From contig OZ024741.1 in NCBI GenBank assembly GCA_964016885.1, positions 332,444,001 through 332,508,000 of the forward strand: a stretch of DNA of 64,000 nt, given 5' to 3'. How positions within the stretch are numbered: the stretch's first letter is position 1; the number at the start of each line of letters is the position of its first letter. Positions 26,088-39,100 of this stretch are shown one piece after another. The DNA comes from Eledone cirrhosa. Its lineage: Eukaryota. The notes beneath the pieces were generated by a model. That model searched no databases. It worked only from the letters and a program-made list of their open reading frames with translations, and had not been told where the DNA came from. Made by a program: the position numbers and the translations under genes.

Positions 26088-27230
26088 CTAGCAGCAGGAC
26101 CCGGTGTTGCACAGGGTAGGAAACATGAAATAGCAACACGCATATGCAAAGATTGAGGAATGTAGCTGTGTACTTTTTGAATTCCCTTATTCTCAGGGAA
26201 TGATTGTTCATCTACTGGAAACATAGAACACCAGCAGGCCGAATCCAGTAGTAGCAGTGTCAGTGGGCTGATTGCGGAAATCCTGTATGCAAAAAGAGTA
26301 AGTGTTGTGGGGCGATGTATGTCGTAAGTCTGTTCACGAATTATGTCACGGATGGGGGAACACACGTCAGTCTGAAGGAGTGATGTAGTCAATTGTGTGA
26401 AAAGCAAGTAGGGATGTACATTTAAGTAAGGATATTGAGATGACGAAATCAGTGTGGCAACACAGCTGCAGCAGAAGGGGGGGGGGTCATAGTGCAATTA
26501 GCACAAACGCTGGGCAGCACTGGTTGCACTGCATTTACACAGCAACAAAGGTGTGACAAAAGGGGTTACCGTGAAATTAGCACAACCGCTGTTCGGCGTG
26601 GTTACGCAGGACGTTCATACTGCGGTGTAGGTGCATCAAAAGGGGTCTTAGTAGAAGTAGCACAGGCGTGAGTTTTACGGTGTCAATAACGCAGAAACGT
26701 ACACAGGGTCTGGATTTGTGTGTGATAAAGCACGAAGCGTCAACAGGTCGCTGACAAAAATTTTAAGGTCCTCCTCATTTTCTCAATCCCCCGAAAATGT
26801 TCCTGCTTAAAAGTAAGTGTTGTGTCCTCTGTTAAATAAACCAAATTGTTAACGAAATATTATACGATACTTATGATCTTTAAGTAACGTTTATATTGAA
26901 AATGAAAATGGCATGTAATGTCCAATGTTAATTCGTAAATTTCCTATAAACCATTAATGGGATAGAAAATTTCCTAGAAACCATTAATGTGAGGGGACTA
27001 ACTAATGTGTGCTGCAAATTTCGAAGAAATCGGTTGGATTATCTTTAAGTTACACCTCAAAAAAGCCTAAAAATGCCTGTGCCCTAGGGCAGAACAAGAT
27101 ATAATTTTTTTAGCCCATTGCACTCCAAGAAATATAAGTAATGCATGTGTAAAGTTTGAAAAAAATCGGTTGAGTACTTCTCGAGTTTTAGGGATTTACA
27201 CAGACAGACATCCTCTGTTTTATATATAGA
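26088..27230 (-). mobile_element. Non-autonomous Helitron
   Basis: Minus strand begins a|TCtatatataaaacagaggatgtctgtctg and ends with the hairpin ccctgtgcaacaccggg followed by CTAG|t. No TSD. Confidence 0.8.
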
Positions 27231-27275
27231 TATATATATACACACACATATATATGTATGTATACATATATATGT

Positions 27276-28483
27276 CATCATCATCATCATCATCATCACC
27301 GTTTTACGTCCGTTCTTCCACGCTAGCATGGGTTAGACGGGTTGTCCTGTTGTGGGCAGTGTCTGGTCGGCTGACCATGCCTTGCTCATACAGGAACTGA
27401 TCTGGCTTGATTTCTACAGCTGGATGCCCTTCCTAACACCAACCTCATTTACAGTGAGTGCTGGGTGCTTTTTCGTGGCGCCTACACGTCCACTTTACAG
27501 TGTGGGCTGGGTGCTTTTTTGCCGTGGCACCTCCACGACCACCTTGCGGTGGGGGGGGGGGGGGGCATATTGTTTATATGCTTCAGCATGTACCCATGGG
27601 AGGTCGGGTACCCTGTATTACTGCGTGACGCCAGAAGTCACGGTCGTGTGTCATTGACTTTGAGAGGTGTAGTTGGGTAAGGTCGGCTTTTATCACCTCA
27701 TCCCAAGTCATCTTGGGTCTCCCCACTCCGCGGTTTCCATCAACTTCTAGTGCTCTGCACCTTTTTATGCAGCTGTCATCCTTCATACGCATCACATGTC
27801 CATACCAGCGTAACCGCCTCTCCTGCACGCAGCATTTGATTCCTCTTATGCTCAGTCTCTCTCTCAATTCATTTATGCTTTGTCGTTCACGTATATTACT
27901 GTTACACATCCATCGGAGCATGCAGGCTTCGTTTCTCTCTAATCTACGTAAGTCTTCCACCTTCAGCGCCCAGGTCTCACTACCATGCAACATCGCTGTT
28001 CGGATACACGCATCATACAGTCTGCCTTTCATTCTGAGGGAGAAGCCTTTTGCAGCTAGCAGTGGTAGTAGTTCCCTAAACTTCTTCCATCCCGTTCTTA
28101 CCCTAGTTATTGTACTTTCTGAGCACCCACCTCCGTTGCTAATTCGGTCACCTAGGTAGCAGAAGCTGTCTACTGTTTCTACAGGGCCCTCCCAGAGATT
28201 GGTGGTACTTGTTTCCTGTGGCTGTTTGCTTGCTGTTTCAGCACAGCTGCTGCATGTGAATCCTACATTCTTAATTAAGCTTCCTGAGATCCCGCTACAT
28301 CTCTTGTGTACCCATTGTTTGCATTTGGGGCAAAGAATGGAGTTCCTACCTACACCTTTCCTACATACTGAGCAAGGCCATTTCCCTGAGGGGATCTGGG
28401 TTCTGTTTTCTCGTCTACTTATAAGGACCTTAGTCTTTGTCATGTTGACTTTGAGGCCCTTTCTCTCTAGTCCCTGCTTCCAT
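27276..28483 (-). mobile_element. 5'-truncated RTE subfamily B (PHD finger + C-terminus + 3'UTR)
   Basis: ORF 27583-28542 has CSVC..CPKC..HKRC..CSSC, YLG and RRLRWYGHV. Distinct 3'UTR and (CAT)n tail. Confidence 0.92.
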
Positions 28484-28869
28484 GTATGTATACATATATA
28501 TGTATGTATGTATATGGATAGTAAGAATTGATTTTTTACCATTGTTATGTAGGTTTATTCACTTACTTTCAGATCTTATGTCATTGCACCTATAGAAGTG
28601 TACATACATATACACATTGCATTTCAATACAATTTGTCTTGACAATTTCTTACCATTGAATTATTGTATATATATATATAATAAAATGTTATAGTTTGCT
28701 TGAAGCATTGTATATAATATATAACGTTCAAAGAGATAAAAGGTTAAACAATGCAAAATGGACTGTAAGATGAGGTAACAAAAAGTAAAAGTTACATGGT
28801 AATCTTTGTTTTGTTTTGTTGTTATTGTTCTTTTATCTGTCCAATATTTCGGAACCTATATATATATGC

Positions 28870-30432
28870 AAAAGGCAAACAGAAATATAGCAAACAACAT
28901 AGTACAATGAAGAAATATATTATTAGTTTTACACTTGATATAGTAGGAAAAGAGTCTTAACATTTCGGATGCTAGTCCTTCATCAGAAAATAGAATGAGA
29001 AATTAAAGAAGAAACAGAAAGATTGAGGAGACAGACAGGGCAGAAATAGGAAAATTTCTTTTTTTTTTAGAAAAATAACAAGTTCATTCATGTTGCCATC
29101 TCTTGGAAAACTGTTGATGTTGGTGTTTTGTGTATGATATACTTTTTTTAAAAAGGTGATGATAAAATAAACATTTTGAATATAGAGCTGAATGTGTGCT
29201 CATGCGTATACGTGTGTGTGTTTATATGTCCGTGTGAAGCTAAGAGCATATGTGTGTGTATATGTAAGTAAAAGAATGTGTGTTTGTAAGTATGAAGCTG
29301 TGAGCAAATATGTGTATATAAGGGTGTGTGTGTGTGTGTGTACAGAGAGCCATAGGAATCTAAGGGGTGAATGTATGCGTAAGTGTGTGACAACGGATGG
29401 AGTAAAGGTGACAGTGGCAAGGGATAGAGAAGTAAGCACGAGCATATGTGTGTGAGATTAAAGAAATTGGGGAGGGGTGTTGAGCCCATTGGAGAAACTG
29501 GACCCAAGGCAGAAAAACAGACTTTGCTCAGTCCTGGTGCATGAGGCCTGTGATCTGTGATGTAAAACGACACCAATGACTAAGACATGTAGGGAAGTAT
29601 GGCCTGGGGAATGGAAATGACAAGTGACAGGAGTATCCATACTGAGTCGTATGTCCCTCAAATGTTCAGCAAAATACTCTGCAAAAATGGCATCCTGTTT
29701 GTCCAATGTATGTATAAGGACCTGCAAAAAGAACACAGGAGAGCATAGACGGAGGTGCTGATGAAGGAGTGGCAGATACAGAATTAACCATTGGTGCCTG
29801 TGTGAGTGATGAGGTTAGAAAATAAGAGACAGGTGTTACAGGAGACGAGAACAGGGATGAGAGCCAGGTAGAGTCCTAGGAGAGGTGGGAAGGAACTACG
29901 TACAAGGAGGTACCTGTGGAGATTATGGATCGCTTAAATGCGGTGATAGGTGTGTTCTGAAAAGAGGGTGCGGGAGCAAAGGAGAATATGTCACTGGAAA
30001 GGCAGGTTGATGAGGTGGTAGGTGAGAGGGAAAGGAAGGGGGTGTTGGGAGGCCAGTAGTGGGGTGAGAGGGCTGTGATATGGTCGGTTTCACAGGTACA
30101 GGTGAGGGTAGCTTGGATCAGGGTGGAGGGCTATCCACATTGGATGAAGCGGGAGGCTATGTAAAGTGACTAGGTTGTGAAATCGTGGTCCTGGCTATGG
30201 AGTCAATGAAGACGGGGAAATTGTGAGTATTGTATGAAGAGTTTGATGTGGACGGGATAGGAGGAGGTGAAGTCGAGGTAAAAGTGGGAATCAGTGGACT
30301 CATAAAAGATGGAGTGAGAGAGTGTGTGGTCAATAGACAGAGAGAAAATGGATAGAAGAGTTGGAGACAGGTGGTGAAGGTGATGGCAGGATGAAAAGAC
30401 TGGACAAAAGAAAGAAAGTAGTCAAGCTGTTG
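28870..30432 (-). mobile_element. Penelope-like element remnant: RT thumb, GIY-YIG, 3' region with HHR
   Basis: TDSHFYLDFTSSYP..IQYSQFPRL (~30200-30300). FAEHLRDIR..TPVTCHFHSPGH..EQ.LFF.LG...NGLN (29458-29700). HHR at 28955-28990. Confidence 0.85.
28955..28990 (-). ncRNA. Minimal PLE-type hammerhead, decayed
   Basis: tttt-CTGATGA-A-gga ctagca tcc-GAAAT-GTT-aaga, downstream of the PLE ORF remnant. Confidence 0.65.
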
Positions 30433-30668
30433 GGATTGGTTTTACTGAATATAATTCTCCTTATCTCTTGCTAGAGGGACAACTTGCTACCCCTGAATGA
30501 CAGTTCTATAATTGTCAAATTCACATCAACAAACAACATGGAACCTGCTTCTTTATTGAATTTATCTTGCTTTCATAGCTTTTATTATAGCCAAAATAGT
30601 ACATATATTTATATATATATTTGTGTGTCTGTGTATACTACCTATATATATATGTGTGTGTAATATGT

Positions 30669-31168
30669 CATCATCATCATCATCATCACCGTTTTACGTC
30701 CGTTCTTCCACGCTAGCATGGGTTAGACGGGTTGTCCTGTTGTGGGCAGTGTCTGGTCGGCTGACCATGCCTTGCTCATACAGGAACTGATCTGGCTTGA
30801 TTTCTACAGCTGGATGCCCTTCCTAACACCAACCTCATTTACAGTGAGTGCTGGGTGCTTTTTCGTGGCGCCTACACGTCCACTTTACAGTGTGGGCTGG
30901 GTGCTTTTTTGCCGTGGCACCTCCACGACCACCTTGCGGTGGGGGGGGGGGGGGCATATTGTTTATATGCTTCAGCATGTACCCATGGGAGGTCGGGTAC
31001 CCTGTATTACTGCGTGACGCCAGAAGTCACGGTCGTGTGTCATTGACTTTGAGAGGTGTAGTTGGGTAAGGTCGGCTTTTATCACCTCATCCCAAGTCAT
31101 CTTGGGTCTCCCCACTCCGCGGTTTCCATCAACTTCTAGTGCTCTGCACCTTTTTATGCAGCTGTCAT
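30669..31168 (-). mobile_element. RTE subfamily B 3' end, essentially identical to 27276-27779
   Basis: By eye, differs only in the length of the poly-G run. Confidence 0.92.
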
Positions 31169-31453
31169 GTATATATATATATATACACATATGCAGTTGA
31201 TGGACTTGAGCGTGCAGGTGAGACTCCAGAGTAACAAGACTCACTACTTAGCCATAATAATTGTATTTATTATTATTACTACTGTGTATTTATGATCTGA
31301 GTTCAAATCCCGCTGAGATTAACTTTGCCATTCATCCTTACGGGGTCGATAAAATAAAGTACCAGTAATCCACTGGGATAATTGCTGGCCTGGTTCCAAA
31401 AGTAGAAACAATTATTATTACTACTGTGTATGCATATATATAGATACATATAT

Positions 31454-31523
<70 letters not shown>

Positions 31524-31524
31524 T

Positions 31525-31564
31525 CCGAGCTGAGGATCCGCTAAGGTGAAACAATTGTTCTCGG
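31525..31564 (+). ncRNA. Minimal type I hammerhead ribozyme in a ~75-bp insert within (TA)n
   Basis: ccgag-CTGAGGA-t cc gctaa gg t-GAAAC-AATT-GTT^-ctcgg. Confidence 0.75.
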
Positions 31565-32087
31565 TATGGTGAACTAACTGTTGTGTAACCACTTCTATAT
31601 ATATATACACACACACATACACACACCATATGTATTTGTTTGATGTAATATGGCAGCAGCAACTTTGATAACAGATATTTTAGCTTTTAGTAACTGACAG
31701 ACAGACAAACTGACAGACTGCTTAGAATGTTTAAAGAAATATTATTAGCTTAGCTTTGGCTAAATTCTTCAATAATGAAATATATTTGTATTTGGCAGTT
31801 TTCGGGTTAAGTTCTAACCAATGACAGCAAGCACACTGCTTCTGTAATATTCTATATATAAGCTGCACTTTACAGATTAAAAACGAAATAGAATAAATAA
31901 ATACCTAAATAAACAAACAAGATCAATCTGACATGAGACAAAGAAAGCATTGATCAATGTGATGTTATAGTCGTCGTCTAGTTATGTACCTTTTTGGGGG
32001 GAAGAGAAAGAAATGTCACAATAGTTAGCTTGCTTTAGAAGATTCTGGCATTCAATTCACCACTGCTACTGTTATTATTATTATTAG

Positions 32088-33105
32088 TGTCATCTCTTCG
32101 GGAGAACTTTCGGGCTGGGGCCCATGGACAACTTCCAGAAATCCCTGGCCTGGCAGTACTACCGAGGAGCCTTGCCAGTTCGGGATAGACTATGCAGGCA
32201 TGGAAGTGCCGTCAGCTGAGCCTGTCCAAGATGTGCACAGGGCGATGAAACCGTCCTGCACACACTCGTCCACTGTCCGAGCATTGCTGATTTGTGGGTT
32301 TATGTCGAACACCTGCTGTCACATGTAGAACGGATCCGGCTATCAGCTGAGTCCATCGTGAAGGGCAGGCAGTTTTTATCTGCCTGGTGGCCATGGTAAA
32401 AGAGATTGTATGGTGGACACGTCTGAAAGGGTTGAGGACCGGTACTTTATTCTTTGGTGACGCCCTCATTAAATTTTTCAGGTTTCACCTGAAGAGGAAA
32501 ATCAGGGTGGAGAGGGAAGTGCTGACCTCCAGCTAGTTTGTTGAAAGGTGGGTGAGAGAGGCAAGAATGGCCTGTGTGAATGGGTCTACCCTGAGTGTGT
32601 GCTTGTAGCATTGTAGGAGGAAAACTGGAAGAGGGCATTTGCCCTAGCGGTCAGGGTAACCATGGCTTTTCTTGTGGGCTTTCTCCACGAGCAACCCTCG
32701 GAGGTCTCCCCACTATTAGGAATTTTTCATTGTTTCCCTTTGTCACACTCTGTTTTTGTTTTTTTTTACACGCAGAAATGCCCGTTTGTATTGTCCTGTG
32801 TTGTCCTTAATATTATACTTTGTGTCAACCCTTGTGGTTAATAAAGAAAGCATTATTGGGAGAGGACCATTGCCCTGGTGGTCAGGGTCACCGTGGATTT
32901 TTTAAAGGGCTTTCTCCGCGATGGCCCTCGGAAGTCTCCCCCCTATTGGGGAATTTTTTCATTGTTCTTTTATTACATCCTCTTTTTTTTTGTTTTTTAC
33001 ACGCAGAAATGCCCATTTGTACCGTCCTGTATTGTCCTGTACTGTCCTTAATGTCTACTTTGTGTAAACCCTTGTGGTTAATAAAGAAAGCATTATTATT
33101 ATTGT
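32088..33105 (+). mobile_element. L1/Tx1-clade 3' fragment (zf-RVT CCHC) with tandemly duplicated 3'UTR
   Basis: RGALPVRDRL...CPRC..DETVLHTLVHCP..DLW and MVKEIVWWTR. The 3'UTR ending aataaagaaagcattatt occurs twice (~32640-32858, ~32868-33100). (TTA)n flanks. Confidence 0.8.
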
Positions 33106-33376
33106 TATAATTATTATTATTATTAAACCATTATTATTATTATTTATCTATTTTAAAACATTTAATGGGTGAAGATGAAATTATATAACATTCTCTTTTA
33201 TACTTGGCATTTGCAAAAAAAGTCTTCTCTATATGGCATCATCATCATCATCATCATTTTACGTCCGCTTTTCCCTGCTTGCAAGGGTGGGACGCATATA
33301 AATATATATATATGTATATAGGCATATATATATATGTATATATGTGTGTGTGTGTATATGTATATATATGTGTGTA

Positions 33377-33528
<152 letters not shown>

Positions 33529-33534
33529 TACATA

Positions 33535-33653
<119 letters not shown>

Positions 33654-33744
33654 GTGTGTGTGTGTATATATGTATATATATATGTATATATATATATATG
33701 TGTGTATATATGTATATATATATATATATATATGTGTATATATG

Positions 33745-33775
<31 letters not shown>

Positions 33776-34392
33776 GTATATATATGTGTGTATATATGTA
33801 TATATATAAATATATATATATGTGTGTATATATATGTATATAAATATATATATATGTTTATATACATATGTGTATATATATTTATATATAAAATCCTTGC
33901 TAGCAGGGAAAGTGGATGTTAAAGCAATGATGTATGTGTGTGTGTAGCAATGAGGGAGGAGGGGTTAAAAAGAGCAAGCTGAGCAATATTAATGCAGTTT
34001 TGGGAATCGGTAAGATGATAAGATATACACCATATCTAATGGATGAATTCTACTTCTTCAGTGATAATAAGCATCTCTCATAGATTGCTTTCGAAATAAT
34101 ACTTTAGAGCATATAACGCATTTATATTCATTCATCTTGAAGATAATAATGATAATAATTATTTCTACTTTTTGGCACAAAGCCAGCAATTACCCCAGTG
34201 CATTAATGGTGCTTTATTTATCGGCTCTGTAAGGATGAAAGTCAAAGTTAACCTTGGCGGGATTTGAACTCAGACCGTAAAGAGCCGGAACTCTATGCTG
34301 CAAAGCATGGCATCCGACCCTTTACCGATACTGCCAATCCACTGCCCTAACAATGAAAATAATAATCATAATAATGATTTTAGTTGTCATAA

Positions 34393-34785
34393 TAATGTTT
34401 TCTTTATTTAACCACAAAGCATAACATTAAGAATAGCACAGGATGATACAAATGGACTCTGTGTGGAGAAAACAAAAATATAAAACAAAAACAAAATATG
34501 TAACCAAAAAAATGAAACAAAGGTAAATTCCCCAATAGGGGGGAGACATCTGAGGGTCACTCGTGAAGGAAGTCCACAAAAGCCATGGTTACCCTGACCA
34601 CTTTATTAGCCTCTCAATAAAGATGGCATAGGACTATACAGTGTGGGGTTTTTTGTGGAAAAAAAAAAGTTTATAACAAAGACTAAAAATATAGACATTT
34701 GAAAAATCAAACATAATAAATTCCCCAAAATGAAGATCTCCAAAGGTCACTCGTGGTGAAAGTCCTCAAAAAGCCATGGTAACCT
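34393..34785 (-). mobile_element. Diverged L1/Tx1 3'UTR copies
   Basis: Shares tttctttatttaaccacaa and aagccatggttaccctgacca with 6972-7305. Confidence 0.55.
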
Positions 34786-34811
34786 TGCTTACAATAATAA
34801 TTTTCCCCTTT

Positions 34812-35122
34812 TTATGAGGTTTCTCTAATGTTAATTGGCCTCAGATCAGTCCCTGAGAGGCTCAATATAGCATGTATGATTCTGGCAATGCTGGTAATGG
34901 TAGAAATTTGGGCACTGCCTATGAAGTCAGGTATCCCAAGACTTTTGATCAAAGGCATAAGACATTTAGAGATCATACCCAGCACCCCAATGAGGATTAG
35001 CATGACTTCTGTCTCTACATGATCAGTTTTAATAGTGCTTGCAAAGTCTGCATGCTTATCAATCTTTTCCATTTCCTTTTCCTTTTCAGCCACATTGTGG
35101 TCTTGAGAGATCACAATATCAA
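34812..35122 (-). mobile_element. R4/Dong-like LINE C-terminal (REL endonuclease) fragment
   Basis: IDIVISQDHNVAEKEKE.EKIDK.ADF...ILIGVLGMISK matches the PD..D..KE.EK..KY..L..P.VIGALG region. Abuts (TAA)n. Confidence 0.7.
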
Positions 35123-35369
35123 TAATAATAATAATGGTTTCTGATTTAGGCAAAAGGCCAATGATTTTGGGGGAGGAGAAAATCGATTAAATTGACCTCA
35201 GTGCATTACTGGTATTTTATTCTATCAACTCCATAAGGATGGAAGGCAATGCTAATCTCAGCCGGATTTGAACTCAGATCCTAAAGGACCATAACTCTAT
35301 GACATAAAGCATGTTGTCAGATGCTCCGCCAATACTGCCAATCCACCGCCCATTTTAATAATAATAATT

Positions 35370-35845
35370 TTTCACTTCATGGTAAATACTCAAATAGCGC
35401 TAACAATGCTAATGTTGACAAAACTCTGACCCATCATTGGTTAATGTTCATTAGCTTAAAATCAGAGATAGAAGGGTTTATCATAGCAGCCCTGGATCAA
35501 TGTCTACTTGCAAGAAGCTATCAAGCCAATATCTTAAAGAATGACAGCAGCCCAACATGTTGAGTATTTTAAACAACAGCCTAAAACCAACAATCAGATT
35601 GTCTTCCATTGTAATCTTCTTGCAGCCTCAGAGTATCTCAACTGGCATGATAGAGCTGCACACTATATCCATTAGGTAATTAGCAAGGACATGGACCTGC
35701 CATATCATAAAATCTGTTGAGAACACAAACCACGTCCATGGCATGAAAAAGATCATATCTCACTCCTATGGAACTATGGAACTGTTCTAACAGATAAAGA
35801 TAGATGTAAAGAGGCCAGACATTATATTGAATAATTTCAGACTTA
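35370..35845 (+). mobile_element. R4/Dong-like LINE fragment (CCHC to RHD to RPD), pseudogenised
   Basis: LKSEIEGFIIAALDQCLLARSYQANILK...EYLNWHD...EHKP...LLW...RPDII. Confidence 0.75.
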
Positions 35846-35849
35846 CCAT

Positions 35850-36110
35850 GCCTTCCTTCTAAAAGGTATCAGTTCAATCTTCACTATAGGCCTGGCTGAT
35901 AGCTGGATCTGTCCTACACGTGATAGCAGTTGTTTGACACAAGCCCACAACTCTGCAATGCATGGGTACTAGGCGATAGCATGTAGGATTGTTTTATCAC
36001 CCTGTGACATCTCGGACATGTCTCTCTTGGCACTTCTGTGCCTGTAGAGATTGTTTCAACAGATGGTACTCCTGGCTGAGACTCAGTGGGATGCATGTGA
36101 ATGTACAGAT
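35850..36110 (-). mobile_element. Degenerate L1/Tx1 zf-RVT fragment
   Basis: ETCPRC..DKTILHA..CIAELW, homologous to 32200-32350. Confidence 0.65.
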
Positions 36111-39100
36111 ATCCAAGGAAAATAATGATTTTTGATTTAGGCATAAGGCCAATGATTTTGCGGGTTGAGGGGAAAATTGATTAAATTAACTCCAGTGCAT
36201 TACTGGTACTTTATTTTATCGACCCCCCCCCCCCATAATGTTGAAAGGCAAAGCTAACCTTGCCGGGATTTGAACTCAAAATGTAAAGGGCCGTAATTAT
36301 ATGCCACGAAGCCTGTTGTCTGACATTCTTCCGATACTGCCAATCCGCCACCCTTATCCAAGGAAAATCATAATAATAATGCTTTCTACTTAGTGTACAA
36401 GGCCAGTAATTTGGAGGTAGGAGAGTGAAAATTCTATTAAATCAACCCCAGTGTTTGATTGATACTTTATATCATTGACACTGAAAGGATGAAATGCAAA
36501 GTTGACCTCGGTGAGATTTGAACTTAGATCCAGAACTAATACTCTGAAGTAATTTTTCTGACACTTTAACAATTGTCCAAACCATCACCCTAATATTGTA
36601 GTAATAGTAGTAATAGTAGTAGTAGTAGTAGTAGTAGTAGTCGAAGTAGTAGTAGTAGTAATAATTGTTTCTACTTTTGGCACAAGGCCAGCAATTACCC
36701 AGTGCATTACTGGTACTTTATTTCATCGACCCCATAAGGATGAAAGGCAAAGTTAACCTCGGCAGGATTTGAACTCAGATCAGAAAGGGGCGTAACTCTG
36801 TGCTACAAAGCATGTCCGACCCTCTACCAATACTGCCAAACCACCACCCTTAGTAGTAGTAGTAATAATTGTTTCTACTTTTTGGCACAAGGCCAGCAAT
36901 TATCCCAGTGAATTACTGGTACTTTATTTTATCGACCCCGTAAGGATGAAAGGCAAAGTTAACCTCGGCGGGATTTGAACTCAGATCGTAAAGGGACGTA
37001 ACTGTGCTGGAAAGCATATCCGACCCTCTACCGATACTGCCAATTCACAATAATGATAATAAACTAGGCGCACTGCACACTTGCAATGCAATAGAAACAA
37101 CACTAAAAATAACACTGCACATGCCCAAGGTGCACAGAGCTGTGCTTGATAATGTAGTGACAGCATGCCATAAAAACAAGACTAATGAAATCAAGACTAA
37201 TGATAATAATGATAATAATAATAATAATAGTAATGATGATAATAATAATAATATAGTGAAGAGTAAAGGTAAGTTCCAATCCAACTGAGCCTGTGGAGTA
37301 GTGTTTATTCTCAGTTGTATAGTTTCACTTATATATATGAGATTGCTGCTTACAGCAGATTTTTATCCATAATTAAGTTACATAAAATTTGCTTCCTAGA
37401 GATGAACTATGATCATCAGAAAGGAAAAACAAAACAAAAAGAAAACACAGAAAAAGATGTCTTATATATTTTGGCAACATTGTATAACTATTAAAGGTTT
37501 AGACAGAAGGCCATCAGTTTGTGTGGAGGGGGAAAGTCAATTACATCAGCCCTAGTATGTAACTGGTACTTTATTTTATTGACCTTGGAAAGATGAAAGG
37601 CAAAATTGATCTCAATGAGATTTGAACTCAGCCATGATTGAATGTTGCAAAGCATTTTGTCCAGTGCTCTACTGATTCTGACAATACACTGCCCTTCATA
37701 TAACTAGTAATGTTAGATAAAAGACCTCATATGTTATCTCAAGTGTTTCTTTATGAGATCCCCTCTAATTATTTGGTAGCAAACTGAGGGAGAGACAGAG
37801 TAAATAATGTATTGAAGAAGAATTGACCCCAGTATTGCACTGACACTTTATATATTGACCTTGAAAGGATGAGAAGCAAAGTTGATCTCCAGGTTTGAAG
37901 ACAGTCAATTTCTTCAAGAGAGAGACAGAATAAGAAAGCAGAAGTGAGAAAGCGATATGGAGAAAAAATTGACCTCAGTACTGGACTGATGGTGCTTTAT
38001 TTACCTTGAAAAAGATGAAAGTCAAAGTTGACCGTGGCATGATTTGAACACAGAGAGCTGGAATTAATACCATAAAGCATTCTATCTGCTGTTCTTACGA
38101 CTTTGCCAATTCACTGCCTACTACAATAGCTGTATTAACTATTTTGAACAGTTAAAACCTTCTAAAATGTTAAATTGCAGGAGATAAAACATGAAGCTGG
38201 TGGCAAGGCAGTTAGCTCTTACAAACTACACAAGTTCTATGTAGCATTAAACAACCAGATTTTATTTTTTTGTATAGCAACACAGCAACAAAATATAGTC
38301 CTTATCAGAGATCACTATTGACAATGACAGCAGCTGTTTCTATCAATAGCAATCATGAATTAGTTCTTGACTTCTGGACACAAATACTTCATTTTATTAT
38401 TTTTTTTATTCAATTTTACAAAATCATTCTTTATTTTTTTTTTTTTAATCTTTAAATTTTACTTTTTTATTTTTTGTATTTTGAAACTCTAAAAATCCCA
38501 TTATTTACTCAGATCCTCAGATGTTTGCAAAACAAATTTTTTCAAGTCCCTAAGGATTCTTTACTAAATTAATTTATGTCTAAGATCTTGGCATTTCTTT
38601 ATTATTCATTTCCACACTCCCCTCTTTTTTTCCCATGGTGAATTAAAAGAAATTGGAAAAAAAAATCTTTATTCCAATTTCTTGTAATGAAAGAGAAAAC
38701 TACTTGAAACACCAATGTCACTTGTATCATTTGATATTAGTTCAAGACAATGTTAAGTAAAAACTTTAAAAATAAAATAAAATTTGGCTGTTTAAAAATT
38801 ATTTTTAAGTACATGCCTTTCACGAAAACAATATTTTTCAATATCCTTCTCTTCTTCACTAGAACGTAATATTTTCAGTTTTATTAAATAATTTCAAAAA
38901 CCTTTTGCAACTAAATGTGTGAGTGTGTGTATGTGGAGAGAAAGTATGTGTGTGTATGTGGGGAGAGAGTATGTGTGTGTGTGCTATGTTTTTGTCTGTG
39001 GGTTATGTTTGCGTATTAACTATGCATATGTGTGTATGTATGTTTGTGTGTTTTTCTGTGTGTATTTTGTTCATAAGCTTGTGCACATGTTTCTTGTGTA

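Larger units (their letters stand above)
34158..38120 (-). mobile_element. Cluster of co-oriented SINE family 1 copies (~34158-34347, 35140-35352, 36130-36353, 36385-36530, 36661-36850, 36866-37045, 37505-37695, 37965-38118)
   Basis: Repeated ggatgaaaggcaaagttaacc..gatttgaactcag..ccgatactgccaatcc. Confidence 0.85.
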
